Shown: in pieces, positions 22,086 through 33,956 of the stretch
Layout of the letters: every line of letters begins with the position of its first letter
Numbering within the stretch: position 1 is the first letter of the stretch
Assembly: GCA_032718475.1 (NCBI GenBank)
Contig: JAUCBJ010004036.1
Span: 1 to 35,321, forward strand
From: Nemertoderma westbladi
Taxonomy: Eukaryota > Animalia > Xenacoelomorpha
DNA length: 35,321 nt
Direction: 5' to 3'
The notes under the pieces: generated by a model
What the model was told of the DNA's origin: nothing
Seen by the model: only the letters and a program-made list of their open reading frames with translations
Database searches by the model: none
Made by a program: the position numbers and the translations under genes

Positions 22086-24656
22086 ATGGATCTACACAAA
22101 GCGGTTGACAGGGTGACACAAGTATCGAGTAGGGATTTAAACCTCACAACAGATCAATTGAAAGATCTAAAGACTTTAAGAGATGACGAGGATATATCGA
22201 TCTTAAAGGGAGATAAGACTGGTAATGTGGTGATAGTGGATAGCCAGATTAGATTGAGAGAGATCAGGAGATCTCTGGACGACAGTGATAAATACGAGCG
22301 GCTAGAAGGAAGCCCAGGATATGGCGAACAAGGAGCTACGCAGATATTTGGTGGCGAGATACCCAGAGAATGGATGCGTATTTCCGTTAGCCAAAGATCA
22401 TATAGATCGCCGGGAGTGGGTGGATTGGGGTGAAGAAGGTGTATCGCCCAAAATACGTGTAATAATTTCAGCCACCGGGACCGTCATAGAGAGAATAGGG
22501 AAACTTTTGAATACAATTCTGGAACCACTCTTACAGAGAATGTCCCATTTTATACGAGATTCGGCGGATGCGAAGATGTCGGTTCCCAAAAGGAAACTCA
22601 ATGATGTCACGTTTCTAGCGATGGACGTAGTAGATATGTACCCGTCAGTGAGGATAGAAGATGCGGTACAAGCTGTAACTCAGGCATTACTTGAGAATGA
22701 AGATATTCTAGAACTTTCAGGATACAGCATTGAACAGATCGTAGCTATGGTAACCTTTGTGATGGTGTGACGGGATCAGAGATCCCGACCGGGTAGATTG
22801 TTATTCGCGTCACCGTTGGCTTTGAGATGGTACTAATAACTTGGCCGAGGCCATTGGAGAAAAGCGATCAGAGTTTGATGTTGTTTCTTGATGTTATAAT
22901 ATATATAATAGCACAATTAATATGGATAATATATGACTGATACCGGTAATAGTATATGATGACAGCCGATGACGATGATGGTGAACAATTGTTACCGGTC
23001 TGCACTAAAACTGAGTAGCTAACTAACTGACTTAGCAATCCAAAATCTGACACAATATATGATTGATATACCAATATTGCTTCACCTCCTACTCTACTTT
23101 GGTCTGCTACCTAATGGATGCTCTCCTGTGCCCTATCACAAGCTTTCCTCCCCCCCTATTGGCTAATATCCTACTTGTCACCCTGGCACTCTCTGGGAGT
23201 GTTTCCCCTCTGCTGCTTGCCTCTACTAGCTATGTCCCCTCCGAGGTGGTTTGACCTCTAACCTTCCTTTGTGTGTGGCTTCGGGGCTTGTGTTGCCCCC
23301 CCCCCCCCCAAATGTTGGTTGTGATACGAGATTAATATTGCTAATCTCGTATCTCCAACATATTGCTGAAAATGCCACTATCCCATTTTCTGGTGGGTAA
23401 TGAGGCGGAATTGAATCCGCTTACAGATGGAGCACACGTATTTCGAGTTCGAGGAGACATTTTACTTGCTCAAAAAAGGTGTTGGGATGGGAGTCCCAGC
23501 TGGTAAAGGGATAGCTGTATTAACTGTGAACATGTTACACAAACGGGTGGACCTGGTAAACATTTTCGCCGCCATATATTTTAAATCGTTCGTCGATGAT
23601 GCAGAATCTATATTTCCAACAAAGCTGTCTAACTCTGAGAAAGATGCAATAAAGGAAATGTACAATAATGTATGTATGGATGTATTCGGAAATGACAGCA
23701 TAAAATTTGCTATCGATTTCGATTATGACGAATCAATATTTCTCGACTTGACTTTGTACCACGATAAAGAAGATGGCGTTATAAAGACAAGGGTATACTT
23801 CAAGCCATTACCGGGGAAGTTACCGATACTGTTCGCCAACGGACATGATAAGAAAATGCTAATATCTACCGCAAGAGGGCAGCTGTTACGGTTCAACAGG
23901 CTATCTAGTAAAGACAATGATTATAAAGCTGTTAGAGACCGGTATTTGATGGATTGCGCGATATCTGGATATCCGGTAGCGGCGTTGGAATCACTGAGGA
24001 ATAATTCGAGGGAAGAGCTAAGAAGAAAGAGGAAACCGAGGGTAAATAAGAAAGAGAAAATGGTATATTTAACTGTACCGGGACCATTTGGAGAGACCAT
24101 ATCAAGGGTAGTCGCAAACTATAAACGATGGTTAATTAACTTTCACTTTAATGTGGCGGTGTTAAGAAGGAGCGGTCTGAATCTCGGACAACGATTTATA
24201 AAGAAGAAGAAGAAACAACAACGGAGGGGAAATGCTAAGTGCGGCACCTTGACTCGTTGCGAGACATGTCCCATCATCCACGATATGGCGGAGACACCAT
24301 GGGGAGATAAAATCCGGTGATTCTACACATGCGTCTCAACGAATGTGTTATACATGATCACCTGCGAGAAACATGAAGTGCAATATTACATAGGGAAGAC
24401 CGGACAAAAACTGAGGGACCGAATGAACTGGCATATGGCTATGATAAAGAAGTACACAGGTCCCGCTGCGATGGGACTCGAATACGGAGAGAGGGAGGAA
24501 CATCTACTCATCGAGCACTACCGTTGGTGCGAGTTGGGAGATATGCCTGTAACGATTTTCCGAGGCTTCACAGGGGACGGGGACAGGGTGCATGCGGAAG
24601 CGAACTACATTAGGAAGTACAAACCAGCATTAAACAAAATGCAACTGATAGTCTAG
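22086..24656 (+). pseudogene. PLE polyprotein: reverse transcriptase, Cys-rich linker, GIY-YIG endonuclease (frameshift, solo-LTR insertion, one in-frame TGA)
   Basis: ISILKGDKTGNVVIVD, PKIRVIISATGT, FIRDS, AMDVVDMYPSV, YFEFEETFYLLKKGVGMG, SFVDD, FLDLTL, TRVYFKP, GQLLRFNRLSS, KCGTLTRCETCPII, TCVSTNVLYMITC...YIGKT...LRDRMNWH...EANYI...PALN. Confidence 0.93.
22766..23425. mobile_element. Solo LTR (660 bp) inserted in the PLE RT
   Basis: TGTGACGGGAT...ATCCGCTTACA termini. 5-bp TSD GATGG at 22761-22765 and 23426-23430. Removal restores MVTFVM-EHTYFEF. Confidence 0.92.
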
Positions 24657-24742
24657 GGACGGGTTCGGAGAAGGGAAGGAGGTACTCCTTAGTTTTGAAC
24701 TATACGGGGGGGGGGGGGGGGGGGGGGTTCCCGCAGCTCTAT

Positions 24743-25830
24743 TAATCGTGATTTTTATGGTTGCTATGGTCACGCACAGTAATGTGGAACGTTATTATAA
24801 TTTGTGTTATGTAATAATGGTGCCGTTGATATAGTTTTTGGTTAATCGTTATTTTACGGTTGCTATGGTCGCGTACAGTAATGTGGTATTAATTTTGATT
24901 TAGGTTATGTAATAATGGTGCTGTTGATATAGTTTTTGTTTAACCGTTATTTTACGGTTCCTATGGTCACGCACAGTAACGTGGTATTAATTTTGATTTA
25001 TGTTATGTAATAATGGTGCTGTTGATATACTACTACTACTACTAGGATCGGCATGCTGCATTGCAGCTGCATTTTTAAGAATGCTGTGCCGGCTTGTCAA
25101 CAAAATTGCACCGCCACAACTCCCTATCACTCCCCTACTCCCTGTTGATATAGTTTCAGTTTAATCGTTATTTTACGGTTTCTATGGTCGCATACAGTAA
25201 TGTGGTATTAATTTTGGTTTATGTTATGTAATAATGGTGCTGTTGATATAGTTTTGGATAATCGTTATTTTACGGTTCCTATGGTCGCATACAGTAATGT
25301 GGTATTAATTTTGGTTTATGTTATGTAATAATGGGGCTGTTGATATAGTTTTTGTTTAACCGTTATTTTATGGTTGCTATGGTCGCGTACAGTAATGTGG
25401 TATTAATTTTGATTTATGTTATGTAATAATGGTGCTGTTGATACAGTTTCTGTTTAATCGTTATCTTACGGTTGCTATGGTAACGTGCAGTAATGTGGTA
25501 TTAATTTTGATTTATGGGGTGTAATAATGGTGATGTTGATACAGTTTCTGTTTAATCGTTATTTTACGGTTGCTACGGTCGCGTACAGTAATGTGATATA
25601 ATTTCTGATTTATGTTAAATAATACGGTCGCGTATATACAACAAGGTGATATTTAACTTCTGATTTATGTAGTAAAGTGAGGCTGTTGATATAGTTTTGT
25701 TCAGTAGTTAGCTTCCGTTTCCTATGATCGCGTTCAGTAATGTGATATTAATAATTCTGATTTATGTAAGTGATAATGGTTTTGTTTAATAGTTAATTTT
25801 TGCGGTTACTATGGTCGAGTAGGTACAGCA
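24743..25830. repeat. ~98-bp tandem array (~9-10 copies, decaying rightwards) inside the PLE 3' region
   Basis: TAATCGTTATTTTACGGTTGCTATGGTCGC...GTTGATATAGTTT or variants recur at 24743, 24843, 24941, 25162, 25259, 25357, 25455 and 25553. Confidence 0.93.
25030..25141 (-). mobile_element. 112-bp RTE 3'-terminal insertion with (TAG)n tail and 11-bp TSD
   Basis: TSD CTGTTGATATA at 25019-25029 and 25142-25152. Minus strand GTGATAGGGAGTTGTGGCGGTGCAATTTTGTTGACAAGCCG matches 20073-20113. Confidence 0.88.
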
Positions 25831-26207
25831 ATATAAAAGTAATTATGGTGATGTTAAGGGTATTTGGTGCAGCAGATATAGTATTGTACACTAAGGTACG
25901 CTGGTTACAGTATATCGGCCGAGTCTACGCGTAGGTCATTATTTATAGACTGAGGAAGGGGGTTTGTACTACAGGACAGTAGTGCAGCATTAAACTGACA
26001 TTACATTTGTACACGTTGCACTGTTGTACAGCTGGTTGGGCTGTTGTAGACTATAGGCAACCGGCATACCAGAGAAAAACGTCTGGTTGAAAGGCGTAGT
26101 GGAAATATGAATCTTTTAAATTTGTTTGCTTTCCCCCTTTGTTTGCTACTGTAATTTTGTATGTAGGGCCAGTCTTGCTGTGGTTTTAATTTTATTGTTG
26201 AATAATT

Positions 26208-26250
26208 GGTGCTCTGAAGATGGCCCAAGGGGCAGAAATATATAAGCTGG
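26208..26250 (+). ncRNA. Minimal hammerhead ribozyme motif in 3' pseudo-LTR
   Basis: GCT-CTGAAGA-TGGCCCAAGGGGCA-GAAA-TATA-TA-AGC: CUGANGA...GAAA core, palindromic helix-III region, UA cleavage-site candidate at 26243-26244. Confidence 0.65.
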
Positions 26251-26339
26251 GTTGAATATTTAAAGTTTAATATCGATGGTAGTCCCCTAGCTCGACATCC
26301 AGTTTCGATGAAATAATTCTAAAATTCTGAAATAAAATA

Positions 26340-26660
26340 GCCTCGCCCCGGTGCATAACCATGCAACATTTGAACGCTCATATCTCAGCTATTTTTCAAC
26401 GAAAGTCAAATTCTGTTACATATTTAGAATCCTTGCTTGGCCAGCTTTCCATTGGTACCAACAAACAGCTATAAGGTAGAAGAATAACTGCGGTGTAACT
26501 GGTGTAATATCGCTGGAGACACTTTATTTAAACGAAGAACAAAGATGGAAAGCAAAAAAAAAACTCTGGCTCACCCAGTTAGTGGTCGGGAGGTGAAACT
26601 ATCTCTGTTTCAAATTTCATGCAATCTCATTAAGATTTGTCGAAAAATTAGGGGGGGGGG
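26340..26660 (+). repeat. Dispersed repeat, copy 2 (see 17995-18335)
   Basis: Colinear similarity to 17995-18335. Confidence 0.8.
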
Positions 26661-26704
26661 CGTGTCACTGAATTACGACACTACATTCTGGAACATGGTG
26701 TATA

Positions 26705-27163
26705 CGCGTACACTCCACTGGCTACCTGTTACGAAATGCAGTACGTTTAAACATGCGGTCCTAGCATTTAAATGTGTAAACGGGCTGGCGCCGTCTTAAT
26801 TATCGGACTTACACTCTAAAACTGATATAACGACTCGTCCAGTCTTAAGATCGAGTCAATCATTAACCCTGAACGTTCCCAGGGTTACAAACGAACTAAC
26901 TAGAGGCGCTTTTGCCTATTTAGGCCCGGTAACCTGGAATTCGCTTCCGCATGAACTGTGGAAAGATGGGTTGAGATGGAACACTTTAAAAGTCTACTAA
27001 AGACTCACTTATTTCAATAATTAATAGGCCCCAGGTTTACCGGATTCAAGTATTAATTTGTATGTGCTGTGCAGATGGCTGCAGGCGCCCTGATAGGCAC
27101 CTCAATTCCCTAAGGGCGCCTGCAACATCAAAAATAAATACATTATTATTATTATTATTATTA
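26705..27163 (+). mobile_element. L2-clade LINE 3' fragment with (ATT)n tail
   Basis: LHWLPV...FK.AVLAFKCVNGLAPS, then AFAYLGPVTWNSLP and FKSLLKTHLF. 3' stem GGCGCCCT...AGGGCGCC, AATAAA and (ATT)n. Confidence 0.88.
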
Positions 27164-28727
27164 GTGATTTATATGGTTTATATACGAGCTAGTGGATTAA
27201 CAGACTAGCGTAACAATATTGGCCTGTACCAAATCAGTCTAAAGGGGGTCGTGCCTAAAGTAACAATACTGTCGCTACAGAAATCAACAGTCTAATAAGT
27301 AAATACTCCTTCTTTGCCGTAACTAAATATCAGATCCTAAATTTACAAACTACGAATAGTAAATTACAAAATAGATTCTGCCTGAAAGTAACCTAAAGTA
27401 AACTACAACTAGTAGAGCTGATATGTTTTAGGGCATGTGTGTGTGGGTGTGTTACAAATATAACAATTTTGGTGTACTCCATTGTACTAGGTTTTAGTGA
27501 TTTGCTGACTGAAACAATACCGTGCGCTAGCTACGAAAATAAGCTAGTCGCGCTCTGTAGAACTTTATACTTACAAATGACATCAAAGCTCTCTCCTTCC
27601 TATCCACAACTCAACAGGGCAATTACGGTGTTAATAACTACACCCGTGATCGGCACAAATACCAGATTCTGGTTGTAAGATAAGAAATAGGGGTTAATTG
27701 CTACCGTACGTTAGCTGATCTGGTATACAATTTGATTCTAGAATTTTGTTGCTGCAGTGGTTAGTAGCAATACCTATCAGTATGTGGCAAGGCGCGGTAG
27801 GATATTAATAAACATCCCAAGGCCAAGCGAGTGCCAGTAGCAGAAATGCTCCTTGCATGATCAAATAACTTGGGTTCAGGCAGGGGGGGGGGGGGGGGGG
27901 TACTAAATGTATAAACTACGAAATGAAACCGGTACCGAACTGTCAGTATCGCAAGTCACTAAATTATGGAACGTATGCTGTCTGTACCTAATGTGTACTT
28001 GCGTACTGACGAACAGCAATGGTTCACACCTGTAGGGAATACAGGTTAATCCAGGGACGACTTGCAGTACTGGTTCCTGTCTGAATCTATCTATTTGATC
28101 CTAAATTTTGCGGCATCCCAGGATGGCGTCACGCTTACCCTGATATATAGGTCTTACGGCGGGCAAGGGCGTCAAACAAAGTCTTACCTTCCTCTGAATC
28201 GGGCGCTGCATGGCAAAGGTGGGGCATTTCGAAGGGGCGAAGGGGGTGCGCGGGCTAATCTAATGTGGGCGCTAGCGTGTTGTGGACATCTTCACTGCGT
28301 TGCAGATGGCCTAACGGTCTAGGCTGCCATCTTCCAAATGCTTGGCTGTCCCAGTGGTGGGCAAAGATAAATATACATGTTCAAAGTTTACAGTATATTT
28401 ACGTAATTTACAAAAGATTTATTTACCAAATTTACATAATTCTAAGTAAGATTTGGGATAAGTGATAACTAATGAATGGAGAAATGTTAGAAATAACAAG
28501 TGATACGATTAGGTATAAGTGATAACCGAAGGCAAACCAGCCCTTATATAGCAAATCTGGGACATAGAATCCGCTAGAACCTTCCAGAGCATTCCATGGC
28601 CTCACATTGGAGCATTAAGATTTTCTATGCCCTATGATTGGCCCAACTCATCGTTCCACATGTTGTACGCACCTCATTGGCTTTTCTAATTTAATAAAAG
28701 CGAAAATATATAGCCCAAAAATGCAAA

Positions 28728-28799
28728 TTCCCGACCGGGATTCGAACTCGTAACCTACTTGTAATGTAACCAACGTCTTAACCATCTGACCACTGTGCC
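28728..28799 (-). pseudogene. tRNA-like sequence (SINE head or pseudo-tRNA)
   Basis: Minus strand GGCACAGTGGTCAGATGGTTAAGACG...GAGTTCGAATCCCGGTCGGGAA has A-box and B-box, but the acceptor stem does not pair. Confidence 0.65.
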
Positions 28800-29139
28800 A
28801 ATAGAGTTACCTATGGGTTTATATGTACCAATATGAATAGGCATATTACATTACTGTAATTTAAAGAAAAAATGCGTCGGATTTTAGAAAGTTTTTACGT
28901 TAAGCTACAAATGCTACCTTATAGTGAAATAATCCATCAAGTAGGTCGGTATGGGCCGGTGTTAGTTCTGTATATATTTGTATTGTATATAGATAAAGGG
29001 CGGTATTAGCTCTGTGTAGCTCTGAATTGTATTATAATAGCTCCGTAATGCTCATTGTTGTTGGTATAACTTTTAGTACGTACCTACCAGCCAACATGTT
29101 ATCACAGTGACTCTCATGAACCACAGAAAATTTCCCATG

Positions 29140-29335
29140 GCCCTTTTTATATTTATTTATTTTAGTTTGTATTTGATTATGTATAATAATTATTTATTTA
29201 TTTTATTTTATTTTTTTTTTAAATTTTTTAATTTTATTTTTTACTAATTTTGTTATGTATTTATTTATTTATTATTATTTTATTTTTATTTATTTATTTT
29301 TTTTATTTTTTATTATTTTTTTATTATACTATTAT
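29140..29335. repeat. T-rich low-complexity (TTTA/TTA) tract
   Basis: Direct inspection. Confidence 0.9.
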
Positions 29336-32275
29336 AAATTGGTGAAATCAAAGCAATTACACAATTTATCCCAAGATTATTTGATGAATATCAATCATTG
29401 GAGCTCAATCAATTAGGATAGGAACGCCTCTAATTGACCACCTTCGTTGCTGCATATAGGCCACACTACACTATCAACTGAACACCAACACCCCATCAAT
29501 CACGCGCGTAAGAGTGGCACACTCCCCACTTTGAAGGAACTGCCAAGATACAGAATCCGTTCTGGATCAATCGCAATCACATTACATTTTAGTGTTTGTT
29601 AGTGAATTAATGTTACATTTATACATGCATGTATACATATGTTAATATATTAACTGTTATATGTACACTGAAGTAAGTACCGGTACTGTATAGTATGTCA
29701 AATACATTAAATTTTTCTGACTCAAAGTAGAACCGAATCAGTGAATACTTGTGTTAAAGCAACGCGGATAGTGGGCCTGGCTAAATAAATCAAGCAAATT
29801 AATGAATTAAAGATAGTCACCACCTAGTGGTGTGAGTTAGGAATTTCATAGATTCGCAGAGAGCTGTCCAGCTATTTAAAGGAATGTTTCCCAATGTTTA
29901 TAAATGTGACACACAATAGGGTTGGTGCTCGAAAAAATTGTTGGGCTACAAACAATCGAATAAGGAGTAACAAGGTGCCCTGATTCTATTAAAACCGAAT
30001 TGAACCTATTAAAAAAGTGCTTCATAATTGCCCCCCCCCCCCCCCCACCCCCTCCCAACAACACTTGAATGTGGTGAAAACCCATTTAAATTATTAACAT
30101 AATTAATAATTATTAATTTCAATTTGTATCCTACAGTAGTGAATAGCAACTGTTTTAGTTGGACTTACGTCCCTCAAGAGTCACTGACAATTAGACAAAT
30201 TTTGAGTGCATACATTTTTTTATTCGCCAAAGTGTGTTCATCTAGAGCTCATATTCGAGAACCAATGAGGTACTCTTTTAGGTTATTCTCCGTTGCCTCG
30301 GAAAGGTATAATCATCTCGGAAAGGTAACAGATAACGCATACTTTTCTTGCAAGTATACAGTACTCATCCCGGAAAGGATACTCATCTTAGATGGAATGC
30401 ACATCTCAGAGAGCACGGATAATCTGTGTGACATAGACCTATATAACCCCGACTGCCCTGCCCCGACTTTTCTATTTCATCTGTCCGACTGACGTCATCC
30501 TTCCGTGAGTTTTGTGTATCGCTATTTAAAGGTATTCATTAAAGACTTACTGTAAAAGCGGACATATGTATGTCCACTCTGCATAGTCGCCACCTGATAC
30601 GAGGAAAAAACAGAAATATTTATAGAGTATGTCTTATGTAGTATATTTAAGTTTAAGGGCTGCTGATTTCATTTCTGATGTCAGTTTTCACTTTTACATA
30701 AATAAAGTCTGTCTGTCTGTCAAAACTTAAACAGAATCACAAACTAACTAACATTCTCGCTATCGGGGTTTTTAGGAACCCCGAACTTTACTACAGTAAA
30801 TATTAGAAATAGCACATTTTTAGATTAACTCTACTCTACTACTTTACAACGTAAAAATGACTCATAAATTTTAGATATAGCTAAAGAAGTGTTACGGATA
30901 TTGTAAAGAATAATGTTATTGGACGCATATACTCTATCAAATAAACTAATGACTGAAAATCGTCTAACGTGAATAAAGTTGTTAATTCCTAGACTGACGA
31001 GCATGTTACTTGCACTGCAGTCGAATTTAAACCCAAACAGCCGGCGAACTGTATTATTATATGCTACCTTGAGACGATCTTAGGTGGAATTAGAAAAGTA
31101 TACGTCTGCCCAAAGAGAGTTGCAATATATGGTACTACAGTAACAGGAAAATAGTTTAGATTTCACATTTTTGCTGCACTTATTGAAATTCCTAATTAGA
31201 AGGTTACATCTCGCGTAAAAGCACCTGGTTTGATTACGAATATCAATGTCGTCAGAAAAGTCATTTGTAATATAGTGTCCTAAATATTCTATCCATATAT
31301 TATGGATAGAGATTCTAATGCAAAGAAACGTACTACTGTAATGGTAACTTTTCTAACTTTAATTTTCTTAGTATACGTCATTAGAATGACGCTACCCATG
31401 GGTGCTATTCATGCAAATATGGGTAGCCCTATACAAATTAATAGTACAATACAACAAAACTCTACTTTAAATGGAATCTCGTTAATCAACTGTATAATTG
31501 GTAACTATAAATTTACATTTTACATTATGGTATACACCATAATTTCACTGTTATATGATATTTATATACCTAAGTTTATCAGTATATTATATAAATATAT
31601 TATGTGTTTAATAATCTGTTCGTGCAGGAGTGTCAGCACAGCATTAGCAGTGCCCATCGTATGCGGATGTTTGGTTATGTGGGTTGGCGCCAGCGATATG
31701 CCCGTTCTGCTTTGCCTGGTGTGTTATAGGTTATCAGTTAGCTCTACGTATTATCATTTTATAAATAAGTTTCAGGACTTTATTAATTTCGTGTATATTG
31801 TCCAAGCTATTTTGTTTGGCTCTACCAATTGCAGCACAAAATTAAAATCCTTTAAATCCCAAAAATACAAAACAAAATCATGCAAACGTTTTCCACTAAA
31901 ATGTCATGTTCTGTAAAAAAAATCCAAAATTCAATCAATAAAACCAATATTTACTGTTTACTTGACTTTTACAACGTATTATTTTTCTTTAATTCTAAGT
32001 CCCTCCGCAGCGCTCCTCTCATCCCCCTCTGTTTATACCTTATTACATTAATATAATTATATATATACATTATATACAAATCAATCAAAAAGCAATAATT
32101 ACATCTACAAATATCATGAAAATAAAAATAACAATCATAACACAATATTAATAAGAAGAATAATATTATGTACAATTATATGGTACCCGGGAGCAGTGAG
32201 CAATCCACTCTATAGCAACATAATAATGGGTATTACACCAAATATATTCATGAACTGGAGCGCTCATAATTACAA

Positions 32276-32545
32276 ATGATACATTACGTCAATTTTTTAA
32301 TTACTCTGCCATTGTTTCAATATTTTTACATTTCATCTGGTATTGACTTAATATTAATAATAGCACTAACAATCTCAGCCGTACAGTACTGTGCAGGTGA
32401 CATTCATAGGAACCCTGGACCGCAACAACAACAACGTCATTCTCCTCCAGTCAAACATTCTAACCAATCAAATCTAACAGACGTAAGGGAATACATATTA
32501 AACAACCAAAACAAACTTATTTTTATATATAATATATATATATGA
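32276..32545 (+). other. Short hydrophobic ORF containing a 2A-like motif (GDIHRNPGP)
   Basis: LILIIALTISAVQYCAGDIHRNPGP, with the motif encoded at 32396-32422. Confidence 0.5.
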
Positions 32546-32820
32546 ACATAGTGAAATAAAATGACCCAGGCAATCTCAGGCCTAAGGCAAATCAAGGGAC
32601 AATCAACAACCAAAACAAAACTAAATATTTACAAATCTACAGTTTTACCACACCATAATTATTGATGCGAACTATTAAAAAACTTACATAACAAACACGG
32701 GTTCAAAACTATTTTATACAACCTCGAGAAAATTTAAAATTACGGTTTAAGAATAGTGCACAGTAAAGAGATTAGAGATCTAACTGGCACATAATTACGC
32801 TCAGTGTCAAAATTACCTAC

Positions 32821-33289
32821 TGTGATAGAAACCCTCTATCATTGGTCTATATAGGACCTAACTGTTAATAATGTTTGTATTCATTATAATTCAAATTAAG
32901 TATATTCACATTCAGTAATCATAATCAGTGTTTTGTCAGTGTTATAAAGTATTTAGTGTACTGCTGTACTGCCTACAGCAATTACTGCTGTAGGCCTATA
33001 TATTCGTACCTAACATGTCTGTATGTGGTATGTGTTGTTAGCCTATTATATAATATGGGAGTAGGTGAATGGGTACATCTACCTATAAAGATTAAAGGAT
33101 TAATATAACTTTATGTTTATGTAAATATTCATTATTATCATTTGTCAGAAGTCTGAACCTTGATATAGGAACTTATATGGATATATCATACAGTCATAAT
33201 GCTGTCCTGCTGTCAGCTGTAATGTCATATCAGCAATCAGCATATCTTATACAGTTATAATCATACTTCTGCACTCAATATCCATGACA
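32821..33289 (+). mobile_element. 5' LTR of BEL/Pao retrotransposon
   Basis: TGTGATAGA...TCCATGACA imperfect inverted termini, immediately followed by a PBS. Left boundary is inferred because the second LTR lies outside the window. Confidence 0.7.
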
Positions 33290-33307
33290 TGGCGCCCGAT
33301 AAGGGGA
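33290..33307 (+). promoter_or_regulatory. Primer-binding site, tRNA-Lys-like
   Basis: TGGCGCCCGATAAGGG versus tRNA-Lys(UUU) PBS TGGCGCCCGAACAGGG, directly after the LTR CA. Confidence 0.75.
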
Positions 33308-33956
33308 AGGCTACCGGTACGGACAAGTAAAGACAAAGTAAAGAGTAAAGACTTGGACTGATGGTGAGTTTCTATGTTCTATTCCAGTATTTAGAAACGT
33401 CGGCTGAAACAAGAACAAGTTTGTACCGGTGTGTTATTCCTCATTCCAGTATTGCTGCAATTTCATTGACTTCTGAACTTTGATTAGGCAGTTAGGCCTA
33501 AGTGCTAAGGCTGTAAGGGTAAGGTATCCCTGCAATTTCGGCTTTTATTGAAAGTACAGCTGTCTGGATGTACCGTACATCAGGCCAGGCTCCCATGATT
33601 GAGAGGCCAGTCTGACACTGACAGTGCGGTGTGTAATCAATATTAATTATTCACTAATTTATATGAGAGTAGCTTATACTGGGACACGCCCAGGCTACCA
33701 GGCCTATTGCAGTTAGACTGGTAACTGGTAACTATTGTCTGATTGTTTCAGCATTATACTAGCAATTTACATTCATCAAATTTATCAATCACAAATCAAT
33801 GCTGAAAATGAGAATGGTTGCAAATTTAATTAATGAGACACAGCAGAACTGATCATAGGACCGGTTCATTACTAAATTTAAAACATACCTATACACTGCT
33901 ATACCTACCATACAGCCATAGGCAGCTAGCTAGCTAGGAAAGGAAGACACAGAATA

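Larger units (their letters stand above)
21603..26308 (+). mobile_element. Penelope-like element (Neptune-type) with inverted pseudo-LTRs and 14-bp TSD
   Basis: TGAAATAATTCTAA at 21589-21602 and 26309-26322. ~21649-21845 is the reverse complement of ~26110-26306. Internal RT + GIY-YIG coding region. Confidence 0.92.

Noticed and set aside
25945-25985. Additional hammerhead (CTGAGGA)
   Set aside because: No closing stem II or GAAA follows.
21649-26306. DNA transposon with 200-bp TIRs
   Set aside because: Interior encodes PLE RT/GIY-YIG and the repeats contain hammerhead motifs, so they are inverted pseudo-LTRs.
28728-28799. Functional tRNA gene
   Set aside because: Acceptor and anticodon stems do not pair properly.
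31302-31916. 204-aa membrane protein gene
   Set aside because: No recognisable domain, and hydrophobicity is expected from AT-rich DNA. Kept only as context for the 2A-like finding.
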